64,000 bases of DNA. It comes from Rhynchopus sp. YZ270_cl-10. Lineage: Eukaryota. The notes under the pieces were generated by a model. The model was not told the origin of the DNA. It did no database searches and saw only the letters and a program-made list of their open reading frames with translations. Below are positions 1 to 11,110 of this stretch, in pieces. How positions within the stretch are numbered: the first letter of the stretch is position 1; the number at the start of each line of letters is the position of its first letter. A program made the position numbers and the translations under genes. The stretch covers positions 434,001 to 498,000 of the forward strand of contig OZ037841.1 of NCBI GenBank assembly GCA_964035575.1, in the 5' to 3' direction.

Positions 1-122
1 TTAGGACAGCCAGGGTGGTTGAAAACTGAGTGTTTAACGTTTTTTTTTTTTTTTAATCTGTTTGGTGTAGCTGCCATAGGCAGTCCTCGCTAATTTATTT
101 TTTTTTTTTTTTTGGGATTTGC

Positions 123-1202
123 CATGGATGTACAAAGTACTTTTTTCCAGAAAGTAAAAAAAAGTAGAAAAATCCCAGTACTTGATACTTCAAGTACTTG
201 ACCCGTTTTTTTTTTTTTTTTTACTTGATCATGCTGTCCTCTAAATCGGATTTAGGATTCAGGATTTTCTATAAGAAAATTTTATAAGAAAATTTTATTT
301 TTGCCGGTGAAAAAATTTTCATATGGATATGGGGCAGTGTCTTTTTTAGGGAGGTCGGAATAATTTCCTGGTAGAACAGTGGTTGAACCACGGGAGTACC
401 CTGGGGAACTGAGTTACTGACCGCACCGTGAAATCCCAGGCTGTCCCCTAATTTTTTTTGCCTGCGGCGCCATTATTTATTACTTTTTTGCTCCGCAAAA
501 AAGGGTTCGTTGACTGACTCTGTAGTGTAAAAAGCTACATTTTACACCGTACCCTATTATTTTTTCGCCTGCGGCGCCATTTTGTGTTATTCCTTTTGCT
601 CCGCAAAAGGAAAATAAAATACAGTTCCCTATGTTTCCAATGTCTTCGCTGGTCAGAACTGAAAAACATCTTGGGGGAAACACAAACTGACCCCAAAAAT
701 CTTGAAATCTGATTCTTGGATAAGGCACTGTACTGTGGTGGGGAGAAAAATGTGACCGACCCGCACTGCGGGCCTACAACAACAAAAAAATATCTTCTCC
801 TGTTGTGCGCGAAAAATTTTCGCGCGCAGCGCGAAAATTTTTTTTTCTATAAGAAAATTTTGAGATTTAAAAATCAGAAAAATCCTGATTTTTCCCGGAT
901 TTAAGGACATGCTTGTACTTGATTACTTTTTTTTTTGCATCAAGCACTTGATTCGGCAAAAAAATGGAAAAGTACTTGAAGAAATTCAAGTACTTTTCCA
1001 TTTTTTTTACTTTTTTTGCCAATTCAAGTACTTGATGCAACAAAAAAAGTAATCAAGTACAAAAAAAGTGAAAGTACTTGAAGGAAAAAAAGTACTTGAA
1101 GCAAGAAAAAAATATTTTTTTCTTTTTTTTTTAAATCGATCAAGTACTTGAAGTAGACCAAAAAAAGTAAAAAAAAGTAATCAAGTACTTTGTACATCCA
1201 TG
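123..1202. mobile_element. Non-autonomous TIR element (MITE-like), CAT...ATG termini, 6-bp TSD
   Basis: 20-bp perfect TIR catggatgtacaaagtactt (123) / aagtactttgtacatccatg (ends 1202). ATTTGC on both flanks. Many subterminal AAGTACTT(G) copies. No transposase ORF. Confidence 0.85.
236..908. mobile_element. TIR element nested inside the 123-1202 element
   Basis: Imperfect TIR gtcctctaaatcgg / ccggatttaaggac, flanked by ATGCT at 231-235 and 909-913. ttttctataagaaaattt occurs near both ends. Confidence 0.65.
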
Positions 1203-2510
1203 ATTTGCGTAGTCCGACAAAAAAAAAATCACCGTTTTTTTGTCAAAAGAAAACAACAATACAATACTGCAATAGCATTTTTTTTGTGCAAAAAGCCTGA
1301 TAAGAGGTCTCTTCGCTTGCTTACAGAACGACACACTAAATGTGTGACAGAAATTGAGAAAAAAAGGGAACCTCTCGGTTGGCCTTAAAAATAATAATAA
1401 TCCTTGGAAAGATGAACGTGCCGTACGAGCGGGGTTTCATCTTTCCGAACAAGGTTCTTTTTCGGTTTCAACACGGGACGATGTTTCTGGCTTTGAGCAG
1501 TCAAAAGACCGGACCATTTCCCGTTTTGTTGGGGGGGTATTTTTTTATTTGTGTCGTAATGCCATTATTGATTCTTCACAAAATCCTGTTGGCGTGCAAT
1601 TTGAAAACCCTTCACCTACCTGTAGGGGGTCTCATCGCGGTTACACATTGCAGGCCTGTAATAGGATTTTTGTGAATTCGTCAATAATTGCGTGAAAACT
1701 ACTAATTACACGGGTAATTAGAAGCTATTTTTTTTGCAATAAAGAGCTACAGAGGGTAATGCAAAATATTTTTTTTCGGGGGGGGGTGGGGATGGGGTTT
1801 GAAAAGGAAGAAAACCTTGATAGAATGAGTGTGTACCACAGTGCACACACATCGTCAAGTAAAATAAAATAAAAGCTCGCAAGATGACGCTAAGCCTCAC
1901 AGTGCTTTCGTCATCTTCCACAACTTAAAACGAAGAACAAATCGAGAAAAAATAAAATAAAATGAATGTGTTTCACATGAGTAAAAATTCATCTAAAAGA
2001 TATAGAAAGAGAACTACTTTCTGTTCTGACAAACATGGGGTCTTTGAGTAACGGTGCGGATCCACAGGCTCGTTAACCATGTATTTATTTTTTTTTTGCA
2101 CAGAAAGTCATTATGTTTTCCTTTTTCTTTTCGTACAGACAAATCAAGATCATTTGTTAAAAAAAGGTTATTTTCGTACAAAAAAAATATGCCAAGAAAA
2201 ATATCACCACATTCGAAATTTATGGGGAAATGGAATATTTTTTTTATATCGTGATGCAATGGGAAGGGGGGGGTTGAAAAAGCAAAAAAAGTTTCTCGGA
2301 TTGCTTCTGGATAAGGGGGCTATTTTCTCATGGTAGCTGAATAAAGGACAAAAATAAATACATTTCTTGTGTGACGAGGCAACCATCATGATTTTGGGGA
2401 GGATTTCCACGGGGAGGAGGGAGGGGTAAAAGGGCATACAATTTTTTAACACACATCTCCACATTCGATACCGCTTGCAGCACACAAAAGACCTTTGATA
2501 CCCCTTTGAT

Positions 2511-2716
2511 TAATGGTGGCAGTATTGTGATGGGAGCCCATTGGAATACGCAAAATGCATCAAAATGCATCAAAATGCATCAAAATGCATCAAAATGCAT
2601 CAAAATGCATCAAAATACATCAAAATACATCAAAATACGCATTGTGATGCATTGTGATGCATTTTGATGCATTTTGCGTATCCCAATGGGCTCCCATCAC
2701 AATACTGCCACCATTA
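2511..2716. mobile_element. Palindromic MITE with internal (CAAAATGCAT)n array, hAT-like 8-bp TSD
   Basis: Long near-perfect TIR taatggtggcagtattgtgatgggagcccattgg / ccaatgggctcccatcacaatactgccaccatta. Flanks cctttgat / ccgttgat (7/8). Confidence 0.85.
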
Positions 2717-2895
2717 CCGTTGATACACAAAAAAATTGGGTTAATATAAAGAGGTTTTTTTTTTGTTTACATAAAAGAGAATGTTTAAGGTTGAATTTTT
2801 GTTTGGTCCCCTTAAAGGGGAGATTGAAGAAAATTTCTGAGGTTTTTGTTTGTTACTTTTAAAAGGGGGGTGTAAAGAGCAGTTGCACAGGGTCA

Positions 2896-2927
<32 letters not shown>

Positions 2928-5900
2928 GGGAGGTGCCTTACACTAATGCTTATTCATGTGAAGGTTTTTGTCATGCCAGAAAAGGAAAAAAGAGAGAGAG
3001 AGGGGGAAAAGTTTTGGGTAAGGTGAGTTCAAGCCTGGTGCTTGCTAACTGCTGCTAACTCACCTACTAAAAATGAAACAAACGAACAAAAGTTGTGATA
3101 TAAAGTTTGAAAGAAAAGAAAAGAAAAGAAAAAAAGAACCGGAAAGATAGCAAAGGCTAGAAGCTCGGTAACCAAGCCGTATTGCGAGGTAAGATGAATG
3201 AGTTTAATTTTATTATTTTATTGTTTGTTTTTTTTCTTCTTTGCTTTTGTTTTGCACAAAAGCAATGGAATAGGGTATTACCACCTCAGCATTCCAGAAC
3301 ACTTTACTTCAGTAAAAGAATAAATCCGACTATTTTCGTTCACTTTTCCTAGGGTCGAAAACCCCCCTCTCTGGGAGAGAAACGTTCATAGCGTTGCAAA
3401 CGTTTAAATTAGAGAGACGAAGCTGACGACCAAAGGAATTGAACGAAATCAGGAATAATAATAATAAAAACAAAACAAAACAAAAATACCCCATATCTAC
3501 GGATTAAATAATGATCAAAAAAAAAATTAAAATAAAAAAACAGGGCATAAAACATACTTTTATTTTAAAGGAACGAGTTTGCAGTTTTTATTTATATTTT
3601 TTTTTTCCAACAAGAAATAAAGGGGCCACCCAAATAAGCTGCGTATTTGGGAGCGTTCGGGATGGGGGGGAAAAGTTAATGAGATGAACCGCAGCCTCTG
3701 GTGCTTGGTCATCTTGCATGCACTTTGAAAAAGATGTTTGGGATGCGAATTGATTTTAAAAAAAATATGGGTTCTCAGGTGGAGCTGTAGACATAGATAT
3801 TTTTTGTGCGACGGCGGGGGACAAACGAGAGAAGTGGACAGAAAGAATAGCAAGATTTTTGTGGCGGAACGACTGTCGCTCGCTGCACGGTGTTACTGCG
3901 GTTGAAAGCGCTTTCCCCCAGTGTGACAGTCAACTTTGAAGAAAAAAAAAGGTTAATTCCCCCTCGAGCAGAATCTAATCTGGAACCCAGCTCCACAGCT
4001 ATTTCATCAAAAAACCCCCGGGGCTTAAAAAATTTGATTTTTTCCCGCATTTTTTCGGGGGTTTTCAAGGCTGTTCTCTTCAACAAAATTTTTATTTTTC
4101 CGGGGAAAAAAAGAAAGGGAGGGCAACTTATTTGGGGGCCTCTTTAACATAAAGTTTTATGGGCTGTATCAGGAAAAAGCGATAGTTGGTTGTTTTTTGG
4201 TTGGCTCTGATTTACTTTAGAATATTCTCATTTTTTTTTCTTTTGAATAATAGCGACGGGAAACTCTCAACAACAAAAAAAGGGTAAAATTGATTGAGAC
4301 TATGTGTGTTGGCAACATTGGTATAAAAAAAAGCATATAAAGAGAAATGAACAGGTTAAGTGAATCAACAAACGCCTCACACATCGGCGGACGTGGGCAC
4401 CGGCAACAAAAAAAATATATCGGTTGAGTGCGCTATTTTTTTAAAAAAAAATTTGAATATTAACAATATACGGTACTGTGTTTCACAGACACCGTCTTTA
4501 ACAAAGCAAACAACATCTATCTATTCAATGACGTAAATTGGTGAAACAAAAAAAAAAAAAAAACATAAAATAAATAAACAAAAAAATAAATCATGAGATC
4601 TTTTGACGAATGGGGCAGTATGGACAGTCACCCTGTCAGCAATAAGGGGTTTCTGTCCAATGCAATTTTTTAAAAAACTTTGCTTTTAGTGTGTGCCAGA
4701 TTTGTGATGAGGCATTAACAAACTTTGCGTAGAACATAAAATAATTTTTTTTTCATAAAAAAGTGTATGACTGTTCTGTTTATAATGTCACAGCAGCGGC
4801 GCCTCCTACGAGCCGTGTTTTTTTTTGTTTTTTTTTTTTTTTTGTTGTTGTAATTTTTGTTCTCTCTTTTTTTTGAAATTGATAGCGTTATCAGTGCGAC
4901 TGCGCCGTTAAAAAAAAAAAAAAAAAAGAAAAAATGGGGAAATTGGAAAGGGGAATTGAGATGTAACATGCGAGCTTCGATCTGGGTCTAATTCAGTTTT
5001 TTTTAAAATAGTCTTCTTTTACATAGTAAATTTTGGAGTCTTTGCTTGGTTTTGTGAAAAGCTTAGTATTAGTGCAGACATCTGAGGATGATGGACGCAA
5101 ATACTAAAAAAGAAAGAAAAATTTGAAGGAAAAAAAAAAAAAAATAACAAAAAGTGCAGAAAATGGTCGACGCTATTCGCACATACCGGTTCACCGCGGG
5201 TTATTTAACCGCGCATAAAATAATTTTCAATAAAAAAAAGCTGCAAAAAATATAGCAAGATCTGGGAAAAAAAAGAAAAGAAAAAAAGGTACCTGTCAAA
5301 AAAAGGAAATCGAATGGTTTGGCTATGGTACCTGAAGGGAAATGGGATTTTTTTGTTGTCCAAAACACTTGAATCTTGAGAAGGGATGAGGGGGGGATGC
5401 GTGTGAGAATGGGATCGAAGTTTTGCTTTTTTTAAAAAGGGGTCAAAAAGGTTGAAAATCAACATTTTTTTCCTGATAAAAAGGGGTAAAAAAAGGTACG
5501 CACAGGATATTTTGAACATATTCCAAAGAAAAAAAGGGGGGGGTAAAGTTTAACGCAGTTTTAGAAAATTGAAATCGGTGATCGGAGTGCAAAGACCTCA
5601 TACGAGGGGGTTGATGCAACAAAAAAGGGAGAAGCCATTTTTTTTCTCAGTGCCGTGAGCAAAGAGGGGGGGAAAGCTTCACGCAATTTTTTTTTTGCAA
5701 CAAACTATACCCTTGCAAATAGAACCGTATCCCAAGGCATTTTTTTTGTTATTTCTGCCAAGAGTAAAAAAAGGTTCATGGTCACATCCTTCTGCACAGC
5801 CTAGCCATTTTTTTTGAAGTACCCAAAAAGGCACTCAGATCGTCAACGAGATAGAAAAGCACAGCAGTTTCCACGGAATTTTGCACCAATGTATGTTGTT

Positions 5901-6569
5901 GATACTATTCCCTTCCCACAAACTTACCTCTGTACTTTCCCCCCAGGTTTCTGAGTAATGTGTAAAGCTGTCATAAAAAAACAGACTTTTCGGCGTTACA
6001 GAAAAAAAAAGCAAAAAGAAAAGAAAAAAACCGTGGACGATGGAAAAAAAAATGGGGGAGAAGAGGTTGGGAATTTTGGGTGGGGATTGTGTTGGGAGGG
6101 GAAACAAAAATAAAAATGTTGAAAGATGCCTCAATTCAACCATAGCAACAAGCTAATTCTTCTCAGGGGGGGTATGTACACGGGACTGTACAAAGAACAT
6201 GGTCACTTATTATTTTTGTTGGTAATTTGTTGGGATTAGTGTAGCTGCCATTTTGACAGTTTTCACACTTTTTCTTTTTTTTTTTTTTTTTGGGAAATTT
6301 TGTCCGTCTATGTTCCCCTCTTTGACAAGCGTTTGAAATACTATCGGAAAAACGGCGAGAAATACTGGGACGATGAAGTAGAAAAAAAAGGGAGAAAAAC
6401 GTCATTTTCTTTTTCATTTTTTTTGAATTTTTCTAAAAATCTCTCAAAAACGCAAGGCAGTCGTACCTCTTTTCTGACCATCCAGACTGTGGAAAAAAAA
6501 AACTACACAGGGTACATGCCCTAACGTAATTGGGACAGATTTTCTTTTTTTCCTCATATTTTGTTTTTT

Positions 6570-7672
6570 CTAGAAGAAGGACGCAAGCATCTCATCGTCG
6601 TAGCCAGAACCTCCTTCTGCCACGAAGTAGTCACCGACTTCGTGCGCACTGTCTGACGCACTGTCTGACGCTGACGAGGCAACCGCAGAAAGGTCGTGGT
6701 CCTGGTCTGGCACGCTGTCGTGATCGTCCACATCTCTCTGTGCGTTCTGCACGGCGTGCTTGGCAGCTCTCGGCGGGGTTCCCTTGATGAGGCCGAGAGA
6801 AGCCAAACCAAGCTTCGCGCTGCTTGCAGGCGGGCAGTAGTTGGGGTTGTTCCAGACAACAGCACGGCCCTGCATGCTCTCCTGGAGGGACTGCATGTCA
6901 ATCTGGGGTGAGTGGACGTAGCCATCCTTGAAAGGAAGCGCGTCAACGGAGTTAACACATTCGCGTGCAGTGGCGGCATCGCAGAACTGAAGGTACGCGT
7001 GGGCAACGTGGCGTGACTTTGCGTTGGTCTGCCCGCCCACGGCAATCATCTGGATAAGTGGAAGCTTCTCACGCAGTGCGCTGATGTTGATGATCTCATG
7101 CACCTCGTCGATCGTCAGCTGCGGGCGGCCCTTCATGCTGAGGATCAAGACAGGGGAGTCGCGGAGCTCCACACGGAAGTTCGGGCGGTCGCGGATACGG
7201 AGCTTCTGGCGCTTGCTCTCATCGATGGTGCCGGTGAAGTACACAGTCTCCTTGTCGCTGTGGCGTGGGGTGATTTATGACAAAACAATGGGGAGTAATC
7301 GACAAAATGTATGGGGGACTGAGGGGGGTGAAATATAAACGCCCACAGTTGGGTTTGAAACCGTATTGCCGTGTGAAAAGAAAAAGTTTGCAAAGATGAC
7401 CGAAGGTGGCTGGGCCTCTGTGCTGAGTCTCTTGATCAGAATCGTTATCAGTACAAAGAAATGTCGTAGCACAACATAATTGAGAAAAAAAATGGGAATT
7501 TTTTCCCCATGAAATAAGGGGAGGTGATGACATACACAAATCTCTCCAGTGCCTGGCAACCGGTGCCAGCCTGGAGCAGGAAGGTACGGAGGGGCACGTG
7601 GTTGGGGACAACCGCGACACGTGCATCGAGCGACTCGCCGAAACGCTTGGGGACGGCGGCCGACTTGACCAT
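6570..7672 (-). CDS. RRM-like protein with acidic C-terminus; 2 exons (7672-7536, 7257-6570)
   Basis: Removing 7258-7535 (GTATGT...CAG on minus) joins MVKSAAVPK...ERFV to DKETVYF..., exactly as in the uninterrupted paralog at 10467. RNP1-like AHAYLQFCD. Confidence 0.8.
7258..7535 (-). other. Spliceosomal intron, 278 nt
   Basis: GTATGT donor and CCACAG acceptor. Precisely absent from the paralog (junction at 10330/10331). Confidence 0.9.
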
Positions 7673-8192
7673 TTTGGCTGGAATTGGAAAAAAGTAAGGG
7701 AAGGGAGAAAGGGAGAAAGAAGTGAGGGAAACGGGAGGGTGGGGGCGCACGCTTCTCTACAGGGAAGCAAAGAAGAAACGAGTGCTCGCTAAGGAAACGT
7801 CAAACAAGAAAGAAGCGGGCGTGACAAAAAAATAAGTCGCTGTTCTTTTGTTTGTTTTGTGTTTTTGTGTATGTGGGGAGGATGAAACCTGTAGTGAGCA
7901 CTGTGTGGGATGTGAGGTGACGTGAGGTGGGGGCTGAAAGTTAAAAGAGATACAATTTTCTTTCCTTAGTTCAAAAACTCTCTCTTAATTATTTGGTTTT
8001 GGTTGACACATCGAAGGTGTCGGTTCTGTAGAATCACTGAACCACCCATATCCTGTATCGCATCGTTGATTCTTCTTTCCCTGCGTTGACTGCAGGAAAG
8101 TTCGTGTAACATCGCGACCAGATGTGGGATTTTTTTTGAAAACAATAAAAGCAATAACAGCAATTGAGAAATGCTAAGTCAAAAAACAACCA

Positions 8193-8515
8193 GAAGAGCT
8201 AATACACATCGGCGAGGTGGAGTGTCAAGCGCGTAGCCCACTACCAACAAGACCTGCTGTCGAACCGAGTCGCACTCCACACGACGTGGCACACCAGATG
8301 TTGCGTGTCAGGTTGGACCTGCACACCACCAACAACCTCCCGTAGTCGAACCGAGTCGCACTACTCATGTGACTTTACAAAAATAAAATAAAATAAAATA
8401 AGGAAAGACGAAAGAGCTAATACACATCGTCGGGTGGAGTGTCAAGCAAGTAACCCACTACTAACAAGACCTCGTGTAGTCGAACCGGAGTCGCACTACT
8501 CACGATGTGACTTTT
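8193..8515. repeat. Imperfect tandem repeat of a ~100-nt hairpin-forming unit (2 full copies, 1 partial)
   Basis: aagagctaatacacatcg...gtggagtgtcaagc...gtcgaaccg(g)agtcgcact at ~8193 and ~8412. Partial copy at ~8322-8375. Confidence 0.75.
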
Positions 8516-8796
8516 GAGAGAAAAGGGGAGGGAAACAAAAAACAGAAGAGCTAAGAGAGACGCTATGAGAACCGCGATGCACAGTTCGGTACATGAGACG
8601 AGATGCCAACATGCACAAGCTATGAGAGTGGGATGGCTTCAAAAAGAGAAGCAGAAAGAAAACGTTGTTATTTATACGTCACATTGCAAGAAAAAAGAGC
8701 GCACATATCGGACATCTTCAGTACCGCAGCCATGCCAACACTGCCACACACATGGTCAGGTCCTTGCTGGCTTCTACTTCTATCCATACATCACAG

Positions 8797-10467
8797 TCAC
8801 GGGGCTAACATGATGGGACACTTCTCTGCAGTGCAGATGGATCTTCCTGCGTCGGATGTGTCGTTCCCCATGTCGACAAGTTGAGATGCGCCACAACGTT
8901 CGCGTATCTCGCCACCGACTGCGTCGTCATTTTTCTCTTCAGACCCCGCGCACCCTTCTCCTGCATGCACAGTGAGCCCTTCTCTGCCGGGGTCATCACA
9001 TCCTTCAGCATCGACGGGGCGAAGGGTAATGGCCTGCCCCCCGTCCGGTGTTCGGGAGTCACTCACGGAGTGTTGGAAGCGGCATGACTTCCTTGAGCAG
9101 GAACCCTTCAGGAAGGCCCAGCACGCTCCCTTCTGAGCCTTCGCCTGGCCGGTCCTTGGAGCGGGTTTCTTTTTGTGTTGTGTCTTGGGAGCGGGTGTTT
9201 GGATGATGGGTGCCCCTTCACGCGTAGTGCTGTGATCCGCCTTCGAATTCCTCCTGACGTCCCGCACCTCCTGCGGGAGCTCTCCAAGAAGGAGTCCTTT
9301 CATCATCATCCCGGCCCTCTCGTCTTTGTGCTCGTATGTGCCTTTGAGGCACTCCAGATCGCCCAAGAGGTAGCGTGCATGGCGCTTCCATACATCGTCC
9401 TTCTCCGGCGCACGAAGGTCCCATAGTTCCCGGATCTTGGCGAGGACCGCGTCACGCTGCCGTTGCAGCCCTGTGCTTCCCTGGAAGTGGTACACCCGAC
9501 GCATGGCAGTCTCGAAGTTGAAGTGGTGCAGGGTGTGTCCCACATCGGAGGAGGAGGGCCAAGAGTCCACATTGCGGAAAGCGAAGTCTTTCTGTTTCTG
9601 CGACAACAGAGCTACCTGCACGCGGCTCCCAATGGTGGCTTGCGCATGATCGTTCAGGAGGTCCATAGCGGTGTGCAGTTCTGCCGTCTGCTTCAGCTGG
9701 TCCACAATGTCTGAAGGCAAATCCTTCCAGAAAGAATCCCCCTGTTCATCCCGGAACCACTCCCAGATCTGCGAGCGCTCCTCCAAGAAAGGAATCATGT
9801 CCTCAGCGGTGACCCTCTTCCGTTCTCCTGCCCACACCTTCAACCCGTCAGTCTGCGTAGGAGGAGGAGGCTGAGTCGAATCGAGCTTCGCGCTGCTTGC
9901 AGGCGGGCAGTAGTTGGGGTTGTGCCAGACAACAGCACGGCCCTGCATGCTCTCCTGGAGGGACTGCATGTCAATCTGGGGTGAGTGGACGTAGCCATCC
10001 TTGAAAGGAAGCGCGTCAACGGAGTTGACACATTCGCGTGCAGTGGCGGCATCGCAGAACTGAAGGTACGCGTGGGCAACGTGGCGTGACTTTGTGTGGG
10101 TCTGCCCGCCCACGGCGATCATCTGGATGAGCGGTAGCTTCACGCGCAGTGCGCTCATGAGGATGATCTCATGCACCTCGTCGATCGTCAGCTGCGGGCG
10201 GCCCTTCATGCTGAGGATCAAGACAGGGGAGTCGCGGAGCTCCACACGGAAGTTCGGGCGGTCGCGGATACGGAGCTTCTGGCGCTTGCTCTCATCGATG
10301 GTGCCGGTGAAGTACACAGTCTCCTTGTCGACAAATCTCTCCAGTGCCTGGCAACCGGTGCCAGCCTGGAGCAGGAAGGTACGGAGGGGCACGTGGTTGG
10401 GGACAACCGCGACACGTGCATCGAGCGACTCGCCGAAACGCTTGGGGACGGCGGCCGACTTGACCAT
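8797..10467 (-). CDS. Chimeric protein: intronless RRM-like N-terminus fused to a gag-like region with a CCCH zinc finger
   Basis: 9884-10732 is near-identical to 6811-7938 minus the intron. After ...SSAKL the sequence is unrelated and contains CWAFLKGSCSRKSCRFQH. One continuous ORF. Confidence 0.7.
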   Translation of the reverse strand: MVKSAAVPKRFGESLDARVAVVPNHVPLRTFLLQAGTGCQALERFVDKETVYFTGTIDESKRQKLRIRDRPNFRVELRDSPVLILSMKGRPQLTIDEVHEIILMSALRVKLPLIQMIAVGGQTHTKSRHVAHAYLQFCDAATARECVNSVDALPFKDGYVHSPQIDMQSLQESMQGRAVVWHNPNYCPPASSAKLDSTQPPPPTQTDGLKVWAGERKRVTAEDMIPFLEERSQIWEWFRDEQGDSFWKDLPSDIVDQLKQTAELHTAMDLLNDHAQATIGSRVQVALLSQKQKDFAFRNVDSWPSSSDVGHTLHHFNFETAMRRVYHFQGSTGLQRQRDAVLAKIRELWDLRAPEKDDVWKRHARYLLGDLECLKGTYEHKDERAGMMMKGLLLGELPQEVRDVRRNSKADHSTTREGAPIIQTPAPKTQHKKKPAPRTGQAKAQKGACWAFLKGSCSRKSCRFQHSVSDSRTPDGGQAITLRPVDAEGCDDPGREGLTVHAGEGCAGSEEKNDDAVGGEIRERCGASQLVDMGNDTSDAGRSICTAEKCPIMLAP

Positions 10468-11110
10468 TTTGGCTGGAATTGGAAAAAAGTAAGGGAAGGG
10501 AGAAAGGGAGAAAGAAGTGAGGGAAACGGGAGGGTGGGGGTGCACGCTCCTCTACAGGGAAGCAAAGAAGAAACGAGTGCTCGCTAAGGAAACGTCAAAC
10601 AAGAAAGAAGCGGGCGTGACAAAAAAAATAAGTCGCTGTTCTTTTGTTTGTTTTGTGTTTGTGTATGTGGGGAGGATGAAACCTGTAGTGAGCGCTGTGT
10701 GGGATGTGAGGTGACGTGAGGTGGGGGCTGAACGTTGATATAGAACAACAATCCAAACATAGTGAAATATCATGGACATTAGAGTAGAAGAAGTGTGTAC
10801 GAAGAACTAAAACTTGGGTGAATTGGGGGAGGGGAGGAATCATGCATTTTCACCTTTTTATTTCCACCAGGGACCAATGTGTCCACACTGACCAAACTCC
10901 ACCTTCTGCAGCACCGTAAGATGCCCCTGCCCTCTCACAGGAATTCCTCTGCTGGAAAGCAAAAAGGAGGAAAATCCCACTAAAAAAAAATAAGTTTGAC
11001 TTGAAAAACTCCAATAATACAGAACGACACAAGGACAACTGTTAATCAATTTACAAAACAACTAAAATCAAAAACGACCAAAAACACCGAATGAAGTGTC
11101 CTCAACCACA

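Noticed and set aside
5050..5107. Hammerhead ribozyme (GAAA ... CTGAGGA)
   Set aside because: Stems II and III cannot be formed convincingly, and most other copies have CCGAGGA.
8255..8515. tRNA gene (GGTTCGA)
   Set aside because: No cloverleaf or correctly spaced A box.
10733..10780. Spliced-leader remnant at the 5' end of the intronless copy
   Set aside because: No resemblance to the euglenozoan SL sequence as I recall it, so retroposition remains unproven.
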